Positions 48,405 to 59,720 of a stretch of 64,000 nucleotides of DNA are shown piece by piece. Below the pieces are notes generated by a model. That model did not search any database and had not been told where the DNA came from. It saw only the letters and a list, made by a program, of their open reading frames with translations. The stretch covers positions 218,490,001 through 218,554,000 of the forward strand of contig NC_058368.1 in the NCBI RefSeq assembly GCF_018350175.1, read 5' to 3'. This stretch comes from Felis catus. Lineage: Eukaryota. How positions within the stretch are numbered: the first letter of the stretch is position 1; each line of letters opens with the position of its first letter. Made by a program: the position numbers and the translations under genes.

Positions 48405-50166
48405 TGTTTACTTAATGACAGTAAGTTCAGTTTAGTAGAGTAGAGCACAATTTCAGTTATTAGGTTTTGTTGTTGTTAGTTACACATAACAAAGTTGTTG
48501 ACTCTTAATGGCAATTTACAATTCACATTAAAAAAAATAGTTCTATGTTCTACTCCACCCCCTCTTCCTTCTCCACATATTTCCTTTTCTTTCCTATTGT
48601 CATGACTTGGCTTCCTTTATATTAAAATCTATTCCTTGGTTTTGTTAAAATTATACATGTAAGATAATGAAAAATGTTTTTATTTGTCACAAATATAATG
48701 TTCTTGAAGACTTAATTTATCCAACCTTAAAACCTATTTAGGAATATTGAGGCAATAGCAACAACTATCCACAAAGGGGTTATGCTAAGGTGTGGATACT
48801 CACCTTGCTGTATTAATTCAACATGCATTAGAGATGACTCTGGGCAAGGATTGTTGAATTAACCCAACAATGGAGGTGAAAGACCTCCATTTAGGCAGTG
48901 AAGTAGCAATTGTCAACAATTTCTTAATTGTGTTCAGGTTTAGAGGATTTTTAAAAAGAATAATGGACTTTATAATAAACAATTTTTAAGAGTATTTAAA
49001 AAGAAAAATGTTACTGTGCAGGTCATAAAAAAAACTATATATAATCACAGTTCAAGGAGAACTTGAACATAAACACACTCTGAAAAATAAAGACAATTTC
49101 TTTTCCTGAATGGGAGTTTTCATTAAACTGTCAGCCAAACTAACATGTTGTCACATGGCACTATAGTAATGTTTATTGAAATTGAGAGAAGACTCTTCAT
49201 AAAACAGCAAATTGAATTTTCCAAACCCCTTTTAATTAAAAATAATGCTTGAAAGCTTAAGCTACTTCTCAAAAATACCAAATGATTTACATTGAATAAA
49301 TCTAAATCCTTGAAATTATGTATGGAGCTTAGATTCAATATTAATGGTGTTTATGACCGTTATGCAGGTTTATAAAAATAATGATAATTTAATTTTCAAT
49401 GAATGAAACTTTAACTTTGTTTCTTCTGTACTTTATTATTTTTCTTATAACATTTATCTTTCACATATTCAACAGTGGAATCAAATAATATATCTGTGCT
49501 ATAGAGATGAAATCCGAGGCATGGAGAGATTGTAAGGTTTTAGACTAGCGATCTCATTAAATAAACCAGATTATACTATTTTTTAGATAGAAAAGAATAC
49601 TGTTTAATGATATTTTATCTGTGTTATGACACTAAAGCCAGTGTTAAGAAAAATATGTTTGGTTGATTTATACCTGGTAAAGATGATGCTGTTGCAAGAA
49701 AGTAAAGGTTAGATGGCTTAATGATATTTTCCCCCAAAGTCACAACTCTAGTAAAAGAAGGAAAAAAAATTTACTAGATCTCTTTCAGATTTTTGAACTT
49801 AATCTTCAACTATTGTGCTTAAAACACTGGCCCTAGTAGCAGATGATGTCAGAGCACTTTTAGCTGGCTAAGCTTGATTAGGCTGGCTTTGCCATCAAAT
49901 TTTCCAGGACTTTCTTAGTTAAATTCCCATCACAATTAAGTAATAAGTTGCACAATCAGCTTAATTTTTTACTGTCTACATTAACTGAGATAAGCATTGC
50001 AAATACACATTTACATTTTAAGCTGTTGTAAGCAGTGGTAGTCTTTGTAAGATATCGGTCTTGCAAAAGTCTATCTAAAAAATGAACCATAAATGTATCT
50101 GTGAAAGCATGTCTTCAGCATGGCATATTTAATAAACTTACAGGCCTCCTTTATCCTCTCTTTCAG

Positions 50167-50191
50167 GATGGCAGCATCGCCAACGGAATTG
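50167..50191 (+). other. Candidate 25-nt microexon (unverified)
   Basis: CCTCCTTTATCCTCTCTTTCAG|GATGGCAGCATCGCCAACGGAATTG|GTAAGT. Confidence 0.3.
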
Positions 50192-50757
50192 GTAAGTTTC
50201 AGCATTCCAGATGCTTAAAACTTCCAAATTTTGAATCTGGATTTCCCCCCATATTTCTAGAGATGTGCAACTCTAACCTACATATTTCTCCTACCTTCAT
50301 TTGCAATTTTGGAAAAATATTTATTGGTCTATTATGCATTATTTTTTGGTTCTAAGAACTGGGATGACTCCCTAAATAAAAAAGTCTGCTTTAATGAAAC
50401 AGATACACAAGAAGTAGGAAACAGATATACAAGTAATGGGAAATATTTGGCGGCGAGCAATGCAGTGGAGAAAAAAAAATAAAGAAGGGTAGGAAGGAAA
50501 GAAAAAATTAGTAGATGAGGAATGGACTTCCTGTAATAGTGGACCGTGAAGCTCTTGCCAGTAAGAACACAGAAACTACTTGAAAGAGGTGAGGTGTAAT
50601 TATCTGGAGAAGGGCATTCCAAACCAAAGAACCAGTACATACAAGCCCAGAGATAGAGCATGAGATTACGGCCGAAGCATACTGATCAAAAGGGAGAAAA
50701 ATAGCAAATGAGCAAAGGTATGCATGGTGCAAGATCATGTAGTGCTGATAAATTATT

Positions 50758-50985
50758 ATTTTTTTAAGTTTATTTACTTTTTGAAAGAGAGAAAGGGAGA
50801 GAGAGACAGAGAGCACAAATGGGGAGGGGGGGTGGAGCCGAGAAAAAGGAGAGACAGAATCCCAAGCAGGCTCCGTGCAGTAAGTATGGAGCCCAGTGTG
50901 TGGCTGGAACTCATGAACTGTGAGATCATGATCCAAGCCAAGATCAAGAGTTGGACACTTAACCAACTGAGCCACCCAGGTGCCC
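50758..50985 (-). mobile_element. Can-SINE
   Basis: TSD GCTGATAAATTATT / GCTGATACATTATT. Confidence 0.94.
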
Positions 50986-51055
50986 TGTAGCTGATACATT
51001 ATTAAAAGAACCTTTAATTTTAATTTTAAAGATACATTTTTAAAAGACCTTTTAA

Positions 51056-51264
51056 TTTTAAATTTTATTTTAATATTTATTTTTGAGAGAGAGAGAGAGA
51101 GTAAGACAGAGCATGAGCAGGGGAGGGGCAGAGAGAATCTGAAGCAGGCTCTAGGCTCTGAGTTGTCAGCACAGATCCCAACATAGGGCTCTAGCTCAAG
51201 AATCAGGAGATCGTGACCTGAGCCAAAGTTGGACACTCAACCAACTGAGGCACCCATGTGCCCC
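51056..51264 (-). mobile_element. Can-SINE
   Basis: Full antisense body ending GTGCCCC. Confidence 0.93.
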
Positions 51265-51734
51265 TGAAGCTTTTAATATTAAAGTATCATCATAAGGCAT
51301 GGAGTTTTGAGCAGAAGAGCAACAAATCTAAATGTCATTTTAAAAGGATAGTTGTGGTTACTGTGTAAAGTACACAATTTGCTGTTTTTTCCCCCTATAT
51401 CAGCTTTTTCAATAATCTTCCCTATCTTTGTAAAAGGTAACTATTTTTTCCTAGTTGCTCAGTCAATAATGCTTGAAAAAAAATCCTCAAATGGAAACAT
51501 GTGCACATAACAAATAATTGAGTAAAACTAAAATCATTACAGAGAAACACAAAAAAGTCATCAAATATGGAAAGTAGAAATATCAGACACACTGGATCAA
51601 ACAGAACCAGAATTTTGAAAGAAAACCACTTCTTAACAGAGACATACATGCCAAACATTAATACAATGATAAAATGTAGATCATGGAATTAAGTACATAT
51701 ACATTATTTACTCTGTACATGTAGGCATATGCTA

Positions 51735-51787
<53 letters not shown>

Positions 51788-51825
51788 TATATATTTGTAT
51801 GTATATGCTATGCACACACACACAC
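51735..51825. repeat. (TG)n(TA)n...(CA)n compound microsatellite
   Basis: Read directly. Confidence 0.92.
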
Positions 51826-51854
51826 AATATAATACACATAAACATGTGTGTAAA

Positions 51855-52585
51855 TGTCATAGACTCTGGGTCTGGAGTTCTCTCTTGTTCAGCAAGAGAG
51901 TAGACACAGGATTAAATGCCAGAGAGGCTAATGTCTGGTAAGAGCCAAGAGCCAAGAGTAAGCATCCTTGCTCCATTTTTATTAAGATCAGAAGGCTTAC
52001 AAGTGTGATGGATGTGCACAAAGAAACAATGAAACCGTGAACATTAACTCATGGGTGTGAGGGAAAGGGTGGGGGGTATTGAAAATATGTGGTGTTAGGA
52101 GTTTGGGTCAATACAAAAAAAGTCCTGGCACTGGGCAGATGGTTGTTTACAGCAGGCATGAGGAACCATCTCTGTTTACCTAAACTGGGCTAGGGGCCAA
52201 GAAAGACTGAGCCTGCTACTTCAGGGTCAACAAGGCATCTTTCTTTAGCCCCCCTCTGGGCAACTTCGCCCTTCTGGGTCTATAGCCCTGTTTACCTGTT
52301 TACCTAATTTGGTCCTTCCTTCCTGTGAAAGTAGTTTTCTGCTACTGTACTAAGTTGGGGGGCATTACCACCCTGAATACCTAATGTTGTTTATCTCATT
52401 TTTGATGTTCTCATCCTGCGGCTTTTCTATTCCTATATCTTTGTCCTATACTGGGGGCCTTTGCCCTGTTTACCTAATCTTGTTTACCCAAACTTGGGTG
52501 TGTTTACCCTATGGCTTTTCTAATTCTTTATGCCTTGTTAACCCATCAGTGCAAGGTCAGGGAATTCCTAAGCTTATTCCCCACA
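51855..52585 (-). mobile_element. Solo LTR, 731 bp, class II (betaretrovirus/ERVK)-like
   Basis: Minus strand TGTGGGGAATAAG...CTATGACA; perfect 6-bp TSD TGTAAA (51849-51854, 52586-52591); minus-strand AATAAA at 51978-51983; higher GC than flanks. Confidence 0.85.
52144..52507 (-). promoter_or_regulatory. Cluster of seven forkhead core motifs (GTAAACA) in presumptive U3
   Basis: TGTTTAC on + at 52144, 52173, 52289, 52297, 52467, 52481, 52501; function untested. Confidence 0.5.
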
Positions 52586-52759
52586 TGTAAAGGAATAAAT
52601 ACATATAGTTATATATTTATACATATATAGAGAGAGGACTAGAAAACCAAATGGACTAAGTTAAAAAAGCAAAGAACTTAAGAATTAGTTACATTTGCAC
52701 AAATAAATACACTGGGTTTCAAATATTTAGTCAAATATTCAAAATAATTGAGGATTCTT

Positions 52760-53537
52760 TTTTTTTATTTTTTAATTGTTTTTTATTTACATCCAAGTTA
52801 GTTAGCATATAGTGCAGCAATGATTTCAGGAGAAGAATCCAGTGATTCATCGCCTATATATAACATCCAGTGCTCATCCCAACATGTCCTCCTTAATTCC
52901 CCTGGCCCATTTAGTCCATCCTGCCACCCCAAACCCCTCCAGCAAACCTGTTTGTTCTCTGTATTTAAGAGTCTCTTATGTTTTGGGGCGCCTGGGTGGT
53001 TTAGTTGGTTGGGCATCCGACTTCAGTTCAGGTCATGATCTTGCGGTTCATGACTTCAGGCCCCAGGGTTCAGTGCAGAGCCCGCTTCAGATTCTCTGCT
53101 CCCCTTTCTCTTCCCCTCCCCTGACTGCTCCCTGTGTGTCTCTCTCTCAAAAATAAATATACATTAAAAAAAAGTCTCTTATATTTGTCCCCCTCCCTGT
53201 TTTTACATTCTTTTGATTCCCTTCCCTTATGTTCATCTGTTTTGTATCTTAAATTCCACATATGAGTGAAGTCATATGATATTTGTCTTTCTCTGACTAA
53301 TTTCACTTAGCATAATACACTCTAGCTCCATCCGTGTTGTTGCAAATGGCAAGATTTCATACTTTTTGATCACCGAATAATATTCCATTGTATATATACC
53401 ACATCTTCTTTATCCATTCATCAGTCAGTGGACATCTGGGTTCTTTCCATACTTGGGCTATTGTTTATAGCACTGCTATAAACATCAGGGTGCATGTGCC
53501 CCTTTGAAACAGCACATCTGTATCCTTTGGATAAATA
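52760..53537 (-). mobile_element. Felid/carnivore L1 3' end with nested SINE
   Basis: 19-bp TSD AAAATAATTGAGGATTCTT (52741-52759) / AAAATAATTGAGGCTTCTT (53538-53556). Confidence 0.95.
52985..53169 (+). mobile_element. Can-SINE nested in L1 3'UTR
   Basis: TSD AAGAGTCTCTTATGTTT / AAAAGTCTCTTATATTT. Confidence 0.93.
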
Positions 53538-56500
53538 AAAATAATTGAGGCTTCTTAAAAGGACAAGGAGCATATATGAATTAAGTCTGTGAATACTATG
53601 CTACCATTCTAATATAAGTAACTATTATGATTATTTTGTCTGTCAATCAAGATTACTGGAGAAATGCCAACAAAATTAATGACAATTGCTTGTATAAAAG
53701 AAGATAGGTTTAGCAAAAAAGGCAAAAAGAAATGTTTCATTCATTGGAATTCTCCATTTATTACTTGTTTAATAAAAGAGAAGACAACTTTTTAAAAAGC
53801 ACTAGTGATTCCAAAATGAAAGACATGATTTGATAGTGACATTAATTCAAATTTATTTCTTGGTTACTAGCACCAAACACAACTAGCCATTTTCAGGGCA
53901 TGTATTTGATTTTAAAAGATGTCACACCTTTTGTTTGGCAATAACAATGTCATCTTTTTCTTAATGAATGAAAATTTCTAATTCTGTGGTTTAAGAAAAT
54001 CAAATCAGCTCTTTAAGTTGTACTTTTCCCTGAGAGATTCTAGAAACTGAGTGAATAAAACGATTTTTCCTTCTCCCTGATTATGTTAGCTAGGGTCTTA
54101 TTTTATTTTAGGATAATCTGAAAAACTATAATAAATGGACCAAGAAGTGTAATCACTAAACACGATAAATATTTATGTGTCTCTCCTATAGCAAACCCAG
54201 GTTGATAAGTCCATGGAAACAGTGCCCTATGCTGGTTTCTCAGCCAGCTTCAATATATCGCTCTCAAAGTCCTTTTGGCCATTGTTTTCCTAGGCCACCA
54301 GCCTGAAACAGGCATATATTATCCCTCACACATTCCAGTGGTGTTTATTTATTCACATGGCCATGTCTAACTTTAGCTGTGGAATGTTTTCTATTGCAAA
54401 TAGAGAAGCAGAAAGGATTCTGATGGGAAAATAGCATTCTTTGCCACACTGAAAACTGAAGTAAGGAAACTGATGATTTCATTTAATCTATTTACTTACA
54501 ATTACATATTAAATAATATTTTTTAGCAAAGATAATCTTAGATTTACAAACATCAGTTAATCATCAGCTTAGTACATTCCATTAAATTTTATTATCAGTC
54601 AAATAAACCTTCCACTTTTTAATGAAAATAATATACTTTTGTTACACTTATTACTGAGCACAATATCATATCTACTGATTTAAGTTACTCCGGAGCCTGC
54701 CTAAGATCTTTGTTAATTAACATCTCTCAGTAAGAATAATATTTAATTAATAAAATTTTAATATGTATACAAATCAGCTTTATTTCTTCATTGTTATATT
54801 TCATCACTTTTACTTCAGAGTTAAAGTTATCAACTTATATGTTACTGAGTAAAAAGCCAATTCAGATATTATTAAAAATTAGGTATGATGATACATTTCA
54901 AAAAAAAGAAGTTGAAAGTCTGTACATTTCAAATATTTCCCAATTTAGTAGAATTTCAAAGAAAACATTTGTAATTAGTATATTGTGCTCATATGAACAA
55001 ACCAATTTCAACAGTTATTTGATCAAGCATAATTCATGTTGGTACTTGCTTCATCTTTTTTCATTTTTAAGTGGGGATAAAATAATCTAGAAAGCTACAA
55101 AACTGTAATTGGTTTTCATAAACCGTAGCCTGAAAGATACACTTTATATAGCATCTTTCACAGATACTTTCCTCATCTGTTTATCATTCCTTTGATTTTT
55201 TTCCAACTCATAAGAAGTATGCTTGCACATTTGTATTCTGTTCATATCTAAATTCCAGTAAAGGTCAGCTTTCCCATAAAAAGGAGTATAAATAGTGCAT
55301 AAAATGATGATCCAAGCTAGCACATCAAGAAAATAAAAGCATAAAAGTAAAGGTCATTTTCACAATTTTTACTTGAAGCACTCTCAAAAATATATAGTGT
55401 GAAAATTTGTTAAAGTTTTCAAAAGAGGGGTTTGGATATGGAAGTTCTTTTTTCTTCCTGTTTTCTTTTCTATGACCTTCTAAGAAATAAAAAAAGAAAT
55501 TTTATATTTTTGAGATGATTATTTTTATGTCAATTTGGCTATTAGGGTCATTAGCCCTGATATTTAATCAATTATCAGAGTAGTACTTATTTAGGTTGAA
55601 AATAATCACTCTTGCCTTAGAAACTGCACTGGGTCACTTACTAGAATTATTTAAAAGCAACATTCCTTTAAGTCTTTATATTTTTACTTTTATTCAGTGA
55701 GTTTATCAGGAAGGTCAATACTTAAAACAGGAAGAAAATGGACATATTATATTAACTATATATTCATCTGTCTACAGTAATGGTTTTGAATCTGGTCTAA
55801 GTTGGGTTGACAACTGATTGAGTATGAGATTGAACTTTTGAAAGCCTTTAGAAAAACTACCTATGTGAGCTTTTGGTTCCATAAAATATGTAAGCAACAT
55901 GAGCTTGCTTCAGTTTTAGCATATTTAAGATAAGGACAAGAATTTTGATAAGGTCCCTGAAATCAAGCAAAGTAAACTCTTACCAACACTCAGACACTGA
56001 TGTCAGAGCATAAGCTCTCTGGCTCACCAGAATAGAGCACTACTGTGCAACAATATTTAGCCCTCTCTTCCTTAACCTACTGAGCCTCTGATATTTTCTC
56101 CTACACTGAGTCTTTACATCTTATTGTTATTACTTGTATGTAAGTTTGCAATAAAATTATTATTTACACATCCCATCCATAGTTTTATAATCTAATCATG
56201 TATTATATGCTCTCAGAGCATGTTCTTAATTAATTGAGTTAATGAATATATTTAAATAAGTGTAATTAATGAGGGACTCTTCAGTATCAGACAAGAAAAG
56301 AATAAATAAAGTAAATAAATAATCTTGGATCCCAATCTTAATAGGGGAGGTGGATATTTTAGTATGTTTTATGCACACACAAAATGAGATTATAAAATAG
56401 TTAAAAAAGGAAGTTGTGATACATTTCATTTTACGTTTTTGCATTAATGGGGGTGTAGGATTTTGATAGGTAGAAGGTTTGTAATGAACGTGACTGGTAG

Positions 56501-56829
56501 AGAGGGAAGTACATAAGTAGGAGCATCTCTGTCTGGATATTTCTATACTGAGAGTTAATAAATAATGAACTATACTACCCTAATCCTGGGTAGGCACCTG
56601 TCATTATAGTGGTATATTTATTTACAGTATAATGGCTATTAGTAGCACCTTGGTCAGTTGAATTACCCTATTATTTCACTCAGTAGAATATAGATATTGA
56701 TCATTTCAGTTTGATAATTTGCAAAAAGAACCCAAAAGTTAACAATTCCAAAACCTATAGTAATATATCACAATTACAACTGTACTGGATATGGACAATG
56801 CCTGTATTTTCTCTATATAGTATTTTAAA

Positions 56830-57620
56830 GAATATTAAATAATAAACATACAAAAGATGCTCAACACATTCCAAATTGAAAAGAATAAAATTTGGTGTAT
56901 AATTAGATATCACTATAACTATTACAGTGATAAAAATTTTTTATGAACTCGGGGCACCTGGATACCTCAGTCGGTTGAGCGTCTAACTTCAGCTCAAGTC
57001 ATGATCTCACAGCTCGTGGGTTCAAGCCCAGCATTGGGCTCTGTGCTGACAGCTCAGAGCCTGGAGCCTGCTTCGGATTCTGTGTCTCCCTCTCTCTCTG
57101 CCCCTCCTCCACTCACATTCTGCCTATCTCTCTCTCTCAAAAATAAATAAATAAATAAATAAATATATATATATATATATTTATTAACTCATAATAATGA
57201 GTATTAGTAAGAATATGGAGTAATTGCTACTTGCACACGTAACTCCTGGAAAACAGATATACTCACTTTTGATAACCTTGCAATATCTGCTTAGCTGAAC
57301 ATATCACCCAGTAATTTTGCTCTTACTTAGATACCTAATTATAATGCATGCATATATTCACCAAAACATATGTACCAGAATGTTTGGAGATTCAATATTT
57401 GTAACAGACAAAATGTGGAAATAATCCCAAAGTCCATCAACAGCAAAATATTTTTCTATATTCACCAAAGGTTATATGTCAATGTGAATGAATGATTTAC
57501 AATGCATGCACAAATAATCTTATTCATAAACATGTTCCTATGACAACAAGTTATAAACCAGGCAAAATGCATCTAAGATTTTAAAAGTCATGACACGGGT
57601 CCAGGGAGTAGTGACTGCTA
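56830..57620 (+). mobile_element. Old L1ME-type 3' region interrupted by a SINE
   Basis: AAAAGATGCTCAAC...ACCCAGTAATTTTGCTCTT...CACCAAAACATATGTACCAGAATGTT...GTCCATCAACAG. Confidence 0.75.
56951..57179 (+). mobile_element. Can-SINE (SINEC_Fc-like) with (TAAA)n(TA)n tail
   Basis: TSD TTTATGAACTC / TTTATTAACTC. Confidence 0.95.
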
Positions 57621-57644
57621 ACAATTTTACCAATGTCTGGTTTT

Positions 57645-59325
57645 TGTTTGTTTGTTTGTTTTTACTTCACACTTTTATAAGTATTTTAGATATATAATCC
57701 AATTGAGAGAAAGGTGCAGAGTTCCCATATACCGTCTTATCCCACACATGCATAGCCTCCTCATTATCAACATCACACACTGGAATTATACATAAATTAT
57801 ACATTTTTTACCAAAGATAACCTACACTGACATGTCATAATCTCCCAAAGTCCATGGTTTACCTTAGGTTCACTCTTATCATTGTATATTATATGGGTAT
57901 GCACATTATATAATAACATATTTCTATCACTATAATATCATATATTTTCAATGCCTGAAAAATCTTGTGCTCTGTCTATTCATCTTTGCCTTCCTCCAAG
58001 GAAACTATTGATCTTTTTAATGTCTCTGTAATTTTGTCTTTTCCAGAATGTAATATAGTTGGAATCACACAATATGTAGTCTTTTCAGATTGGCTTCTTT
58101 CCCTTATACATTTAGAATTCCTCCATATCTTTGAATACACGCTTTTCCAAAGAAGATATCCAGATGGTTCACAGACACATGACAAGCAGCTCAACATCAC
58201 TCATCATCAGAGAAATGCAAATCAAAACCACAGTGAGAATGAAAACCAGTGAGAATCAAAACCACCTGTCAGAATGGCTAAAATGAACAACTCAGGAAAC
58301 AACAGATGTTGGCGAGGATGCGAACCATGGAATATTACTCAGCAATCAAAAAGAATGAAATCTTGCCATTTGCAACAACGTGGATGGAACTAGAGTGTAT
58401 TATGCTAAGCAAAATAAATCAGAGACAGACGAATACCATATGATTTCACTGGTATGAGTAATTTAAGAGACGAAACAAATGAGCATTGGAAAAATAAGAT
58501 AAAAACAAAGAGGGAAGCAAACCATGAGACTCTTAAATACAGAGAACAAGCTGAGGGTGGCTGGAGGGAAGGTGGTGGGGAGGGGAATGGGCTAAATGGG
58601 GGATGGGAATTCAGGAGAGCAATTGTTGGGATGGGCACTGGGTGTTATATATAAGTGATGAATCACTGGGTTGTATTTCTGAAACCAATAGTATGCTGTA
58701 TGTTAACTAACCTGAATTTAAATAAATAAATTATTTGAAAAGGATTCATCCATGTCTTGTAATGACTTAATAGCTCATTTCTTTTTAGTGTTGCATAATA
58801 TTCCATTGCCTGGATATAACATCCTTTATTTAGCTACTGATGGACCTCTTAGGTGCTTCCAAGTTTAGCAAATTCTGAACAAAACCTATAAACATCCATG
58901 TGCAGTTTTTGTTTGAACATACATTTTCAATTACTTTGGGTAAAAAACAAGGAGTGTGATTGCTGGATCATATGGTAAAATATATGCAATTTTGTAAGTA
59001 ATGACCAAAATATCCTTCAAAATAGCTGCGCCATATTGGACTCCCACTTGTAATATATGAGAGTTCTTGTTGCTTTACATTCTTGGCAGCATTTGGTGTT
59101 GTCAGAGTTCTGGATTTTGACCATACTAACCAGGTGTATAGTGAGTGGTACCTTTTTTAAATTTCATTTCCCTGATGACATAGGTATGGAACATAATTTC
59201 ATATACTTGTTTTCTGTATATCTTTTTTTTTGGTGAGCTGTTTATTAAGGACTTTGGTCCACTCTTTAACCAGTGCTTATTTTCTTACTACTAAGTTTTA
59301 AGATTTTCGTATATATTCACAAGTT
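57645..59325 (-). mobile_element. L1MC-type 3' portion, interrupted by a younger L1
   Basis: CAGAGTTCCCATATACC...GTCCATGGTTTACCTTAGGTTCACTCTT...GTTGGAATCACACAATATGTAG; resumes at 58741. Confidence 0.88.
58132..58740 (+). mobile_element. Carnivore L1 3' end with internal deletion, nested in L1MC
   Basis: TTTTCCAAAGAAGATATCCAGATGG...3'UTR...AATAAATAAA; TSD AGAATTCCTCCATATCTT / AGGATTCATCCATGTCTT. Confidence 0.93.
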
Positions 59326-59500
59326 TTCTCACTCCTCCACCCCCTTATGTGAGACAGATTGACTAGAGAGACTTGGATTTGAATATTACCCTTCCCTATT
59401 CGACTCTGATAATGCCCCTGGAAGTTATGCTCTAGTTAAATAGTTGAAAAGACACATTTAATTAATTTTTACAGTTCTACTGATTAAGAAGAGAAGTACA

Positions 59501-59720
59501 GGGGTGCCTGGGTGGCTCAGTCAATTAAGCATCTGACTTCAGCTCAGGTCATGATCTCACAGTTAGTGAGTTCGAGCCTTGCATCAGACTCTGTGCAGAC
59601 AGCTCAGAGCGTGGAGCCTGCTTGGGATTCTATGTCTCCCTCTCTGACTCCTCCCTCACTCTCACTCTGTGTCTCACTTTGTCAAGAATAAATAAACATT
59701 AAAAAAAATTTTTTTAAAAA
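59501..59720 (+). mobile_element. Can-SINE
   Basis: TSD AAGAAGAGAAGTACA / AAGAATAAAAGTACA. Confidence 0.95.

Larger units (their letters stand above)
50400..51365 (-). mobile_element. L2 3' region interrupted by two SINEs
   Basis: TATCTGGAGAAGGGCATTCCAAAC...GGAGTTTTGAGCAGAAGAG...CATTTTAAAAGGAT. Confidence 0.72.

Noticed and set aside
50508..51236. Longest ORF in the track (242 aa, minus strand)
   Set aside because: Runs through two Can-SINEs and an L2 remnant; a chance read-through with no domain signature
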